Below, one piece after another: positions 24,094-37,704 of a stretch of DNA of 43,638 nucleotides. Source of the DNA: Octopus sinensis (Eukaryota). Numbering within the stretch: position 1 is the first letter of the stretch; every line of letters starts with the position of its first letter. The position numbers were made by a program, and so were the translations under genes. The notes under the pieces are model-generated. The model made no database searches. It saw nothing but the letters and a program-made list of their open reading frames with translations, and was not told where the DNA came from. The stretch lies in assembly GCF_006345805.1 (NCBI RefSeq), contig NW_021832717.1, positions 1-43,638 on the forward strand, written 5' to 3'.

Positions 24094-25275
24094 CTAGCTG
24101 AAGGTGACCCGCTCTACGCGCGGGTAGAGTGTGGGTGTTGACTTTCTGTTGCTTCCTTTCAGCACGTAAAAAGCACCATCCGAACGTGGCCGATTGCAGC
24201 ACTGCCTTGAATTGCTTCTGTGCCGGTGGCACGTAAAAAGCACCAACTGATCGTTTCCACTGCGAGCCCCCCTGGCACCAGTGCCGGCGGCACGAAAAGA
24301 GCACTCACTACACTCACAGAGTGGTTGGCGTTAGGAAGGTCATCCACCTGCAGAAACACTGCCAGATCAGACTGGAGCCTGGTGCAACCTCCTGGCTTCC
24401 GAGACCCCGGTCACACTGCCCAACCCGTGCTAGCACGGAAAACGGACGTTAAACGATGATGATGATGATGATTCTCCGTATTTGTTTCTCTCCTCCCGTT
24501 CTCTCTCACTTTCCCACTCTTTACTTTTCTTTTCTCTCGGACTCTCCCTCGCTTTCTCTTACTCTCTATCTTTATCTATCTCCCTCCCATTTATAAACAA
24601 CAGAAGATCTTGAGTTTGTTGAGAAATAAAATATTTAGAAAGATCAATCAGAAATATGAGGCAGTGGCAATGGAAAGGTCTGCTTCAAGGCAGACAGCAA
24701 AACGCTAAATTTAAAAGGGACAGACGAACTTGCGAGCTGAATAAAAATAATAAAATATTGGAAACCAAAGTTTGAAGGGATAGAATCTGAGGATAGTAGA
24801 GTCACCATGGCTGGCGGACAGCAACGTAGTGACAGTTTAACGGCTGGCGTAAAATTTTGAACTTGATGTAAAGAAAATTCGTAACACCAAGTTTGAAGTG
24901 ATTCTTTCTCACGACAGTAGACTCACCATGGCAAGCATTCAAAACTTCTTTATCATGGACGGCAACACATTGACGATTAAAAGGCTGGCGCAAATTTTTT
25001 AGCTTGATGTACAGAGAATTCCTAAACACCCGCCTTGAAATTTTAATCCCCTTCCAGCCCCATTTAGACCCCTTTCACATTTTAGTTAATATAACCCGAT
25101 TTCATTCGGGTCTACTGGGGCCACATTTTATAAGATGAGGAATTTTGTCCTAGAGGTGACGCCTTTCATTTGAGGAACAAAATAGTTGTCATGCAAACTT
25201 GTAGCACCTTTAACATAGGTGTGCATATTTTCAGCTGAATCGACCGACTACGTAATGCACACATTATATATATAT
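24094..25275 (-). mobile_element. Probable non-autonomous Helitron (family C); 5' boundary approximate
   Basis: Minus-strand 3' end acccgcgcgtagagcgggt-caccttcag-CTAG|T (hairpin plus CTAG); internal direct repeat at 24796-24888 / 24917-25030. Confidence 0.55.
24158..24472 (+). mobile_element. Non-LTR retroposon 3' end (RTE-like) with (GAT)n tail
   Basis: ggttggcgttaggaagg..catcca..cggacgttaaac followed by (gat)6. Confidence 0.65.
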
Positions 25276-25464
25276 GTGTATATATATATATATATTATGG
25301 TGTGTGTGTGTTGTGTGTGGTGTGCACGCATTATATATACAAATGTATACAAATGAGATATATCTGTATAAATTAAATTAGAGATAAAACCACTAATAGG
25401 CAAATCAAGAGTGAAAAACCAAAAAACAAAAACATAAAAAAAGAAAATATACATAGAAAATATA

Positions 25465-26375
25465 TCTATATATATAAAACTGTAGTCGTGTGAGTGTCTG
25501 TCCCCTTCGATTTAGATTCCTAACTACTCCCACATTTCGCGGTGCAGTTTAACCAAATTCGGGTATCTTATAGTCGTGATTCATATCGAGCCCGTCTGGG
25601 TATTAGCGCGCGTCTACGATGAGTCAACGATTTTTAAAATAATTTAACATAATTTTTTATTCCATTTTAATGCATATTTTTTCGTGTGTCGATGGCGGCG
25701 GAGTTGGCATCCACGCTCACGCCTGCACCTGTTTGCTTCTCCCCCTTCTTCCCTCCCTCGTGAAGCTGTGGGGAAGGGAGTGTAAGGAAATCAACGTCGT
25801 AATGCGTTGTGAAGGAGACCAGCGTTCTTTTAGAACAACGACTTCATGGCTTGAAGGGGCCAAAACAGAAATCGCTAAAAAAGCTGAACAGATCCACAAA
25901 AACGGCAAAACCGCCACAAGGGGCAGGTTTCCTGTGCAAACAATTTGCACAACCGAATGTTTTAGTTGTTGTTGCACAAATCTTTATATATAAAAGTAAG
26001 GTTGTGTGTCTGTCTCCTACGATTGAGATTCCTAACTACTCCCACATTTTGCGGTGCATGTAAACCAAAACCGGGTATCTTATAGTCGTGATTCATATCG
26101 AGCCCTTCTATGTATTAGCGCGCGTCTACGATGAGTCTACGATTTAAAAAAAATTTACCATCATTTTTTATTCCATTTTAATGCATTTTTCGCTATTTAT
26201 AAGGGAAGTAACTCTCTAAAAATGTCTACGATGAATCAACGATTTTTAAAAAATACTATCATTTTTTATTCCATTTTTAAAGCATTTTTTTGCTATTTTT
26301 TTTGCTAAACTCACTAAAAATGCTTATATAGTTATTTCCCTTACAAACCCGAGCAACGCCGGGCGATACTGCTAG
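25465..26375 (+). mobile_element. Composite Helitron family A: extra 5' end (25465), ~300-bp unique segment, then a complete copy 25981-26375
   Basis: A|TCTATATATATAAAAC at 25465 and A|TCTTTATATATAAAAG at 25981 each begin the same ~200-bp block; single hairpin-CTAG|T end at 26375. Confidence 0.8.
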
Positions 26376-26728
26376 TAAAATATAAAATTGAAAACTTTAA
26401 ATTATTTAAATTGAAAATAATTATTAAATTATATTTATAATTTGTTTAAAAATATATATAACTATGAAAAAGTATGAAAAAGTTTAATATACATAAATAC
26501 AGATATATTCACTTTGTATATATACATATTTATATATAGAACACACACACACACACACATACACTATATATACATATTTATATATAGAACACACACACAC
26601 ATACATTATATATACATATTTATATATAGAACACACACACACACACACACACATACATTATATATACATTTGTTGCAGTTGTATCTGATTTCCTGTGAAA
26701 CAGGAAGACATCAAATTATGAAGATCTT

Positions 26729-27004
26729 GTGCAAACCCTGTTAACCAGTTTTCGAGCACTGCGCTGCAACATGAGTGTAAATGTGCATTTCCTGCACAGT
26801 CGTCTGGACTACTTCCTTGGAAATCATAAGGCAATAAGTGATGAGAAAGGTGAAAGGTTCCACCAAGATATCGAGAACATGGGGACTAAGTATCAAGGCC
26901 GGTGGAACACCAACGTGATGCTGTCTTACTACGGGTCACCGCAAAGGGACTGTCATGATGCAATTCATTCACATAAAGCAGCAAAGAGCATGTTCATTCC
27001 TTGA
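26729..27004 (+). pseudogene. Transposase C-terminal fragment (Chapaev3-like)
   Basis: CNMSVNVHFLHSRLDYF..AISDEKGERFHQDIENMGTKYQGRW. Confidence 0.75.
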
Positions 27005-27391
27005 ATAACAGAAACTCCAGTTTGACAGAAATATCTATTCTAAGACGTGTTATTAAACATTTGTGCAATATATTTGTTAAACAATAAAAAGTGCCAGTTT
27101 TATTTTTGTAAGTTTCTTATTTCAGTATTGCATTTAATGACAAAATTGACATTTTTGACTAAAAAAAAAAAATGAATTCTTGTTTACAAAAAACTTCACA
27201 TGATAGAAAGTTTCTGGGGACATTTCTGAACCTAATACCGTCAAATTAGCGAGGATTAATTGTAAAAAGCAAGACAACTAAAAAATGTTTGAAATATTTC
27301 CCAGTGTAATCTATCTACCTACATAGCTATATGTACGCACATACATGCATACATATTGTGTCTCTGTACATATGTATATATATATACATAT

Positions 27392-27458
<67 letters not shown>

Positions 27459-27512
27459 CTATCTTCACACACACACACATATATACACATACATATATAC
27501 ATACATATATAT

Positions 27513-27569
<57 letters not shown>

Positions 27570-27954
27570 ATATTATATATTTATACACACACACACATGG
27601 GGCGTATGCTTTTATCTATATCTATATCTATATCTATCTATCATCTATCTATCTATCTATCTCTCTCTATATATAAATATTCACATATGAATATATACAT
27701 ATATATTTGCATACGTACATACACACATATATATATACACACATGTATAGACTCCAAAGCATTCAGGCTTATCTACACAGACAAATGAACAATTTTATAT
27801 ACCTGCATCTATACACTCACAGAATATTACACCTATACATATGCACAGGAATGTGCACATACATATGTATATATTGAACATATACACATAAAAAAATATA
27901 CATAGACACATACAGACACACACACACACACACTCACACACATACACATACTGG

Positions 27955-28338
27955 TACTCTTTTCTTGTTTCAGTTATTTGACTGTGGCTTTAGTCAAGCA
28001 AATCGAGTCCAGGACTTATTCTTTGGAAGCCTAGTACTAATTCTATCGGTCTGTTTTGCCGAACCAGCATCGGTTGTCAAGCGATGTTGGGGGGGGGGAC
28101 AAACACAGACACATAAACATACACACATATGTGTGTGTGTCTGTGTGTGTGTGCGTTTGCACACACACACACAGACACACACACATACACACGCACGCAC
28201 ACACACACATACACGTACACACACACACACATACACACACATATACATATATACGACGAGCTTCTTTCAGTTTCCGTCTACCAAATCCACTCACAAGGCT
28301 TTGGTCGGCCCGAGGCTCTAGTAGAAGACACTTGCCCA
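27955..28338 (-). mobile_element. SINE (family of 23635-24030), 5'-truncated
   Basis: Reverse-complement homology, including tttccgtctaccaaatccactcacaaggctttggtcggcccgagg. Confidence 0.8.
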
Positions 28339-28721
28339 GTTTTACCCCACTTGGGGTAATTTATCCCGGTTCGCCGATCCCTGTTTTAAAGAAAAAAAAC
28401 CTCTAATATTATTCTCTTAGAAAATTTTTTATGATTTAGAAATTTTGACTTTTGATTACCTTTTTAAACTTTTTTTTTAGTCAATGATTTGCGATCATAC
28501 TGCGATACCACATTCAAAGTAATAATCCAACAAGTTGATACCACATTCAAAGTAATAATCCAACAAGTTGATCCCAGTACTTTTTTTTCTAAGCCTGTGT
28601 TATATAGTGAAACTGCATACCCCCTCTTGGTAAAAAGTGTTAGGAAGGAGCCATTATAAATAGACCAGCAACTGGTCATCAAACGAGGGTCGAGAGTCGA
28701 AGAGTTGAGAGTCGACAGTTC

Positions 28722-29112
28722 TCATCATCATCATTGTTCGACCGTGGTCGAGACAATGGAATTTACTATGTTACGCCAGACTTCACGGTTCATCATAGCA
28801 TTACGGAGGCCCTGTTGCTGGATGCCTTTATCCCTGGAGATTACATCAGGGTAGGAGAGTGTGCACCCTTTGGTATCGCGAACAGATGGCTTCCAGAGGA
28901 CAAGAGTAGAAATTACCTCGTTTTCAGCTCTACAACAATGTCCAGCAAACTGGACTCTTCTACCTTTCACAAGAGATGATACAGGTGATAGTTTCCCATA
29001 TATTTGTACTTTGGTTGGATGACGTTTCCACGAGAGATTTTGAGCTCTCATAAGGAGGCGAGTGTAAGTTCCATCCAACCGCCTCTCAAGCTTCTTTGAT
29101 AACGTCCAGGTT
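28722..29112 (-). mobile_element. 5'-truncated LINE (RTE-related) 3' end with (TGA)n tail
   Basis: WTLSKKLERRLDGTYTRLL..RRVQFAGHCCR..NREVWR is typical of the C-terminus of RTE-group ORF2; the stop runs into tgatgatga. Confidence 0.8.
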
Positions 29113-29266
29113 TGTTATCTCCGAGTTTGTTTAATTTGTTAATTAGTTAATTTCACTTGTCATATTCTTACCATTCTCTAAAGAAAAAATATTTAATTAA
29201 TATTTTTTCTATAAGAAATTTTCGTGACTTAGAATTTTACTTACACTTTTGGTTATTTTAAAAATT

Positions 29267-29660
29267 TACTCCCAGTGATTGAACTGCGGCCTTGCTGGGG
29301 CACCGCCTCGAATTGTTTAGTGGAACAAATAGATCCTTGCAAGTAATTTTTCTTCTAAGCGTGATACTTATTTTATTAGATATCTTGTTGCCGAACCGCT
29401 AAGTTACGGGGACGTAAAGAAAACTAACACAGGTTGTCAAGCGATATTCACACACACTCACACACACATACATACACTGACACAAACACACATATATGAC
29501 GAGCTTCCTCACAGTTTTCGACAACGAAATCTACCCACAAGCCATTGGTCAGTCTGGGGCTGTCGTAGAAGACAATTGTCAATGATGCCACGCATTGGAA
29601 CTGAACCCAAGACCACGTAATTGCAAACCAATTTCTTAACCACGCAGCTATAACTGCGTC
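29267..29660 (-). mobile_element. Diverged SINE (family of 23635-24030)
   Basis: gccgaaccgctaagttacggggacgtaa..ggttgtcaagcg..ggaactgaaccc..aaccac. Confidence 0.75.
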
Positions 29661-29851
29661 TATGATAAGATAAAATTTCTACGAATTCTTTTCACTATTT
29701 TACAGAATTTACTATTTTTTATTGTAATTTTTTTTAAATGTCTTTCCGTGACTTTACTTTTTACGTGGTTTTGAGTGTGCTCGTATGTGTGTATATGTGT
29801 GCATTGGTGTGTATACACATATACGCATGTGTGAGTGTGTAACTGTGTTGT

Positions 29852-29911
<60 letters not shown>

Positions 29912-30710
29912 CGTGTGTGTGTGTGTGAGTGAGTGTGTGTGTTATTCATATATATATATATATATATATATGATTTATTCGTGGATTTGGGTATCAGATC
30001 CGATATTATTTATGATTAAAATTATATTTCACAATATAATATAGAAAAAAAAAGTGACATTAAATGAGATATTCAAACTGGCTTTTCTTTTAATAATTTC
30101 GCAATGACTAGGCAGCCATTTTTTTTTCAATAACGTATATCGTTCGCATGTTTTAATTTTCCTGTTTCTGAATATAGGGGCAGATGGAATTAAATCTTTG
30201 GCCTGGGGATACGGAACAGACACAGAAAAATGAACATGACGAAGATGTTTAAATAAATGAAGCTGAATTACACAAAAATATCATGCAGAAACACTAAATA
30301 TATTAATACAACACAACCACGAAGGTTATTCCTCTACTCGTTTTTCTATCACTCTCTTCTTGATCGTCATGTCTGGATTTGACAAGCGCAGTAAAGTGTT
30401 GGGAAAGGAAAATACCAAATGACACCACATGACAAAATCAAAGGTATCACCAAGCTGGCTATCTGATGTTTGCTTTGTCAAGTTCATCCCAGGCCTAATC
30501 GATGAAGAGATTTGCGGCGAGATTTATATTTATTGAAATAAATAAATTGAGTTTTGAGGCCTGTGCCTGTTGTAATTGAACTACCGGATGCAGTATATAC
30601 ATTTAACCGTTATTTAAACGTAATGTTATAAACTTCAGTTGAGAAAGGATTAAGAGATATGATGGAAGAAAAAGGTAGTTATTTTGAATTACATATATAT
30701 TAATATGTAA

Positions 30711-30905
30711 AATATAGGGAGAGTTTACGAAAAAACAACAACAAAAAACGAAGACAGGTTGTGTACAAAACAAACAGATGTATTAGTATAACGCTCAGGA
30801 ATAGAAAAAGTCTTTTACGTTTCGAGCCTACGCTCTTCCACAGAAAGGAACACAGAAAAAACAAGGAGAAAAAATGTGTATAGTGGCTAACGATCTATCA
30901 TGGCG
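30711..30905 (-). mobile_element. ~200-bp solo pLTR-like element with HHR-like motif (30812-30847)
   Basis: Inverted homologue of 32531-32735; minus strand cttt-CTGTGGA-a-gagc(gtag)gctc-GAAA-cg-TA-aaag. Confidence 0.7.
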
Positions 30906-30910
30906 ACTAT

Positions 30911-31121
30911 GGCAGTGAGCTGGTAGAACAGTTAGCATGCTGAGCAAAATGCTTGGCGGCATTTCGTCCATCTTTATGCTCTGAGTTCAAATTCCACTGT
31001 GGTCGACTTTGCCTTTCAACCTTCGAGGTCGATAAAATAAGTTCAGGCTCAATACTGGGGTAGATGTAATTGACTTACCGCGTTCCTCGATATTGCTGGC
31101 CTTGTGTCAAAATTTGAAACC
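30911..31121 (+). mobile_element. tRNA-derived SINE (family of 41809-42040)
   Basis: ggcagtgagctggtagaa..gagttcaaattcc (B box)..ggtcgactttgcctttc..gtcgataaaataag. Confidence 0.8.
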
Positions 31122-31809
31122 AATATATATAAAATATTATCAATAAATATAACAACGAATCTGTAAATTTGCGTTAATCAAATCCTAAAACCTTCTGTTT
31201 TATGATAAAATGAATAATGAGTAAGTATATATACTGCACTCAATAGATGTATCTCTGAGTATGTAGGATAAATGATTCTTTGGTTATCAAGTAAGTATAT
31301 AAAATTGTGTACAAATATCAAAGAAAAAATGGTTCATAAAATCTTTAATCATATTATTCCGAGTATAGACATTATGTACTAAATATATTTTTATGTGAAC
31401 GAGTGAGAGAAAGAGAGAGAGAGAGATATGGGAATGAAATAGAGAACGAGAAAAGCATTAAAACTGTTGATATCAATTAAATCAACTTCGCATTAGCGAC
31501 GCCAAATAGAAGGCACCAAATCGGTTCATATCTCCACATGAGAAACTTTGACAGACACTGTGACACATGAATAAATGAAACTGCTTTAAAGGCAATTAAA
31601 AGCAAGGACTTAAAAATGAAATCTACTATTATCGCTGGATATTCAATAACTCTAGACATATATAACGACGTTATTGAAACACCGGGAAAATCACTTATTT
31701 TGGATAAACGACAAAGCAATACTATGACGGTCCCTCCATAGAACCGAATCCGCAGCCTTTTCCTTTCCGTCTTTTCCTCAACTTTTTCCTCTTCTTTATA
31801 TTTCCTAAT

Positions 31810-31845
31810 TTTTCTGAAGAAGGATTTACGTCTGAAACGTCAAGA
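31810..31845 (+). ncRNA. Degenerate minimal hammerhead-like motif
   Basis: tttt-CTGAAGA-agg(atttacg)tct-GAAA-cg-TC-aaga; canonical core, weak stems. Confidence 0.45.
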
Positions 31846-32530
31846 GCATTTCGCTGTTTTTTAAATCGTTAAACTAATGCAACATTTGTCAAAACCTGTC
31901 TCTCCCGCGTTGTCTTCTTTTTGCTCATTGTCTAATGTATGTATGCTTGTAAGCATGTATATATTTATGAGCGCGCGCGCGTGTATGTATGTCATTATTC
32001 AGTTTCATTTCAAGATAACTCGCCAATAGAGAAAGGTCTGGTTTCTAACCTAGATCCTAGACTCCTTCATTGGAATTTCAACATCAACAAGGCATTTTTG
32101 CATGTACGTATGTATGCATGCATGCATGTATGTATGTATGCATGTATGTATGTATGTATGTATGTATGTATGTATGTATGTATGTATGTATGTATGCATG
32201 TGTGTATGTATGTATGTTTACATGCATGTATGTATATGTGCAGATTTGTATATTTTGTTTTATGTATATAGTCTCATGCACACAGCTGCATATCTAGATA
32301 TATTCTTAAATGATGACTTGGATCTATAGTCTTCGAATCAGCTTTCTTCTTTCTGGTATTGAGAAGCCTAATTTCCCAAGTTGGGTATCTAGGCAGTGTG
32401 TTATATATCCCAGTGCCCCAATAATTACATATGTATATATGTATATATGAATGTAATAATATAAATGATATATAAATATATGCATACATATATACATACA
32501 TATATATACATACCTACATATGAAGTCAGA

Positions 32531-32735
32531 CGCCATGATAGATCGTTAGCTACTACACACATTTTTTTCTCTCCTTGTTTCCTTGTTTTTTTCTGTGTAT
32601 CTTTCTGTAGAAGAGCGTAGGCTCGAAACGTAAAAAATACTTTTTCTATTCCTGAGCGCTATACTAATACATCTGTTTGTTTGTACACCACCTGCCTTCG
32701 TCTTTTGTTTATTTTCGTAAACCTTCCCTTTATAT
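32531..32735 (+). mobile_element. ~200-bp solo pLTR-like element with HHR-like motif (32601-32636)
   Basis: cttt-CTGTAGA-a-gagc(gtag)gctc-GAAA-cg-TA-aaaa; the element ends in (TA)n. Confidence 0.7.
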
Positions 32736-33461
32736 ATACATGCATATAAAAAAAACGTTGAACACAATGAAAAACGAAAACACATAAAAACAAAAACATA
32801 GAAAACGAACAATTTTTTGAACAACGAAAGAAACAGAGAAACGAAACAGGCAACATAAAGAATATTCCCCTTCTTCAGTTGTCCCTGTTTCATCTACTCC
32901 ACCTTTCGAAATGAATGTATGTATGAATGTATGTTTGCGTGTGCGTGTGTGCGTGTGTATGTGCGTCTGTATGTGAGTGTGTGTGTGTGTGTGTGTGCGT
33001 GCGTGTATGTATATACGCATTTATGCATATAAAACGCTGAAAGAAATGAAGGTGGCGGCATTACGATCGTTTCTGCAGCTGGGGGAATAATTATAGCACT
33101 CAACATGGATTATATAAATTAATAAAGAATATATAATTATATGACAAATGAACATACCACCAATCATCTGTTGAAAACTCGTAACAAAAGCGATGGCTCA
33201 TGTTGATAAATATAATACCACCGCCTTTAACCGTTTGATCTAATGATCAACGACTATTATAACTGGTACGTTTGCCAGATTTTCACGCTGCTTAGTGATA
33301 ACTTTTATATCACTGTTATTTAATTTTATATATGTATGTTTGTATGTATGTATGTATGTATGTATGTATGTATGTATGTACGTACATACGTATGCATGTA
33401 TGTATGCGTGTTCATGTATATATATATAAGTTCACATGTATGCACATACGTATATGTAAGC

Positions 33462-33582
<121 letters not shown>

Positions 33583-33687
33583 ATATATATATATATGCAT
33601 ATATATATATATATCCATTTATATATATTTATTTATACACACGCACATATATATGTATATATGCATATATATACACACACACACAAC

Positions 33688-33746
<59 letters not shown>

Positions 33747-34245
33747 ATATATGTATTACATATATGCAAATATATATGGATAGATAGATAGGTATAGAAA
33801 GTGTGTATATTTATATGTAAGTAAATATATAGACATGTATATACTCACTCACACACATATGTACTCATATATATGTGAATGTATGTATTAGAAAGACTGA
33901 ACGCGCAAAACATGAATTACTTTAGAGCATGGAATTTATAATTCAAACATAATTACCGAGTTCTTAGAATGAAAGAGGGATTAAGAAATAGTACATAATG
34001 TCTCTTGCAGTTGTTTCCAGAGCAGCTGTGGAAATGAGCCAAAATTCCCATATAAGCCAATTATACCGTCTTCAGTGAGGAAGAATTAAGGAATATCCTT
34101 AAGAAAGGATATAAGTAGTTACCATTTTCACCATCGAAGGATTAGGGAGTATCATTCATTAAAGGTAACTGTAGTTATCAATGTATGTTGGTATACATGG
34201 TATACATACATGTACATAGATATACATACATACATACATACATAT

Positions 34246-34293
<48 letters not shown>

Positions 34294-34299
34294 TATATA

Positions 34300-34505
34300 G
34301 TTAATCCAAACAAGAAAACACAAAAAACACAACAACGCGAGGACGTGGAACAAATAAAGTACTATTGGACGCTCAGGAAAGAAGGAAAGAAGGAGGGTTT
34401 AACGTTTCGAGCGGAGCTCTTCGTCGGAAACATAGGAGAAGGAAAGATCCAGACAAGGGAAGGCAGAGGAAAAAAATCGCCAACGGTACACACGAGGTCA
34501 CATTT
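34300..34505 (-). mobile_element. Solo pLTR-like element with HHR-like motif (34397-34431)
   Basis: Minus strand gttt-CCGACGA-a-gagc(tcc)gctc-GAAA-cg-TT-aaac; shares the downstream ttcctgagcg motif with the 30.8/32.6 kb elements; (TA)n flanks. Confidence 0.65.
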
Positions 34506-34528
34506 GTATACATATGTATATATATATT

Positions 34529-35396
34529 TTGGGTCATCCCATAAGTAATGCGGTCTTTTCAATTGCATGAAATAAAAGTCGGAGGGGGATGGGGTAAATT
34601 GCCTGCATCAACTTGCTATAAAAGCAGGTAGTAATTTTACCTTTACCTTGTCCTTATTCTTAGTGCAAGTTTTGAAGATTGCAGTTCGATTTTAATAGTT
34701 ATTTTTTCAAAGCTATAATGGAAGTGACAAAGGAGCAAATTCGGCATATTTATGCAGTATATAAGCCAGTGCCAACCGTGGTTCCAGAAATTCCAAGCTG
34801 CAAACGACAGCCTGGAGGACGAGCGTCACACCAGGAAGATCTGTAGAGCTCGACGAGGACGTGCTGGTGGAACAAAATCCCATCGCAACTGTTGAGGAAC
34901 TACCAGGGAAGCTTGGATTTGGTCATTCAACAAGTCATTCAAATCAGCGCTGGAAGAAAAACGACCATCTGTGGTTTTAAGACGAAAGGTGTTCTTCCAT
35001 CAAGATAATTCTTGGACACATATAGCAAGGGTGACATTCAAAAGGTTGGTGCAGTTTGAAAGGGAAACGATTCCCCACCCACCATATTCGCCGGGCGTTG
35101 CCCTACCTGATTATCATTTATTCCGAAGTCTTCAAAAACATTTGGACGGAAAAAATATAAATTCTGTAGACGAGGTCAGAACAGTACTTTACTCTTTTTA
35201 CACTTTTTCTTGTTTCAGTCATTTGACAGCGGCCATGCTGGAGCACCGCCTTTAGTCGAGCACAGTGACCCCAGAAATTATTCTTTGTAAGCCTAGTACT
35301 TATTCTATCGGTCTCTTTTGCCGAACCGCTAAGTTACGGGGATGTAAACACACCACCATCGGTTATCAAGCGATGTCGGGGGGAAAAACACAGACA

Positions 35397-35433
<37 letters not shown>

Positions 35434-35798
35434 ACACACACACATATATATATACATATATACGACAGGCTTCTTTCAGCTTCCGTCTACCAAATCCTCT
35501 CACAAGGCTTTGGTCGCCCCGAGGCTATAGCAGAAGACACTTGCCCAAGATGCCATGCAGTGGGACTGAACCCGGAACCATGTGGTTGGTAAGCAAGCTA
35601 CTTACCACACAGCCACTCCTGCAGAAGAATTTTTCGTGACGGAGAAGTGAATTTTGGAAGAAATGCTTTGCAAGCTTACCGGAGAGGATGGAAGAATATT
35701 GTAGAAAATGAGGTAGAATATGTTTTAGATTGAAAAAGAACTTTGTTCATCTTAAATTTGAAAAATAAAAGAAGTATACAAAAACAGCATGGATGACC
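34529..35798 (+). mobile_element. Decayed mariner transposon, interrupted by a SINE
   Basis: Left TIR gggtcatcccataagtaatgcggt, deleted right TIR (acagcat..ggatgacc); MEVTKEQIRHI at 34718, WFQKF..SLEDE, FHQDNSWTH..HPPYSPGVALPDYHLFRSL. Confidence 0.88.
35186..35620 (-). mobile_element. Full-length SINE (family of 23635-24030) inserted in the mariner
   Basis: Minus strand gcaggagtggctgtgtggtaag (A box)..ggttcagtccc (B box)..tail. Confidence 0.88.
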
Positions 35799-36107
35799 AT
35801 GGCATTGTACCTACACAGTTAACCTCCGAGGCACAAGTCCGGGCAAGGTTGATTACGGAAGACCAACAGTCACCCATGCATACCAACACCCTCTCCACAC
35901 CACCAATGTTATCCAAGGGAAAGGCAAAGGCCGATACAGCCTGGCACCAGTGACGTCGCAACTCATTTCAACAGCTGAGTGGACTGGAGCAATGTGAAAT
36001 AAAGTGTCTTGTTCAGGAACACAACACACAGTCCTGTCTGGGCATCGAATATATTACCTCTTGATTGTGAGTTTGACGCTCTAACCACTGAGTCATGCGC
36101 CTTCACT
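35799..36107 (-). mobile_element. tRNA-derived SINE, further family
   Basis: Minus strand gaaggcgcatgactcagtggttagagcg..ttcgatgccc..tgttgtgttcctgaacaagacactttatttcac. Confidence 0.75.
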
Positions 36108-36109
36108 CA

Positions 36110-36131
36110 CGCACACACAGACACACACACA

Positions 36132-36176
<45 letters not shown>

Positions 36177-36253
36177 ACACATACATACATACATATATAT
36201 ATATATACATACATACATACATACATACATACATACATACATACATACATACA

Positions 36254-36285
<32 letters not shown>

Positions 36286-36330
36286 CATACATGCATACAT
36301 ACATACATAAATACATATATATATATATAT

Positions 36331-36363
<33 letters not shown>

Positions 36364-36387
36364 TATATACATACATACATACATACA

Positions 36388-36423
<36 letters not shown>

Positions 36424-36484
36424 TATATACATACATACATATACATACATGCATACATACATACATAAATACATATATATATAT

Positions 36485-36517
<33 letters not shown>

Positions 36518-36559
36518 TATACATACATACATACATACATACATACATGCATGCATACA

Positions 36560-36590
<31 letters not shown>

Positions 36591-37136
36591 GGTATACTGT
36601 GCTTCGTATATTCCACCCTAGTGTCATCTTGATAGCATGCACTGCTCTCTCATACATACATGCATACGTACACATACGTATGTATAAATGCATTCAGACA
36701 TACGTGCATACGTGTACATGCGCGCATACACACACACACACATACATACATACATAAATACATACATACATACACATGCACACGCATACATACATACGTG
36801 CATATGCACAAATATCCATCAATGCACATGTACATAGATGCACTTATACACATGCACAAATGCACACTTATGTTGAGATTCGCAGACCTTTATTTCCTCC
36901 CACTCTTCCTCACCATTTCTCTCCCTCTCATTCGCTCTCCTTCGTTTCCTCTCTTCCTCCCCCTCTCTCTATGTACGTACACTAAGGAAATAAGAGTGTT
37001 CCGTCGCCTAAAATCATATCTTTTATTGAAAAGATTCGCGCGCGCAAGCATTTGGCAGCGTATGCCTTTCCGTATGCGTGCGTATGCGCATGTGTTCATG
37101 TATGTGTGTATGTACGTATACACACACACACACACA

Positions 37137-37191
<55 letters not shown>

Positions 37192-37539
37192 ATGCATATA
37201 TATATATCTAATACACACACATATATATGCATATATATATATACATGCATATATATATATACATATATGTATATATATATATATTTATATAGACATGTAT
37301 AGATACATATGTATATATATAAATATGGATATATATATACATATGTATATATATATAAATATGGATATATATATACATATGTATATATATATAGTACATG
37401 CATATATATATGCGTGTATATTTGTGTGCATGTATATAGATATATGCTCATGCATACATGTATTATATATATATATATATATATAATATATATATATATA
37501 CATATATATATATGCATATATAAATATACATACATATAC

Positions 37540-37575
<36 letters not shown>

Positions 37576-37664
37576 TATATATATATGCATATATAAATAT
37601 ACATACATATACGTATATTATATATATATATATATATTCATTTATATATATATATCTATCTATC

Positions 37665-37704
<40 letters not shown>

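Larger units (their letters stand above)
21880..27306 (+). mobile_element. Degenerate Chapaev3-like (CMC) DNA transposon(s) with nested insertions
   Basis: TAA|CACTGGGGAATA ... TATTTCCCAGTG|TAA (3-bp TWA TSD, CAC termini); transposase remnants DKTWVPHIVCK, EKIKVGVFDGPHI and HFLHS..SDEKGERFHQDI; a second left end at 23404-23630. Confidence 0.72.

Noticed and set aside
28504-28572. 33-bp tandem duplication, and a 7-bp-arm hairpin at 28342-28359
   Set aside because: Ordinary local duplication and a chance-level palindrome.
32860-32912. Possible type II hammerhead (minus strand GAAA...25 nt...CTGAAGA)
   Set aside because: Stems I and III cannot be formed.
36009-37608. Many YI/HT/MYVC-rich ORFs here and throughout the window
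   Set aside because: Microsatellite translations with no protein-like content.
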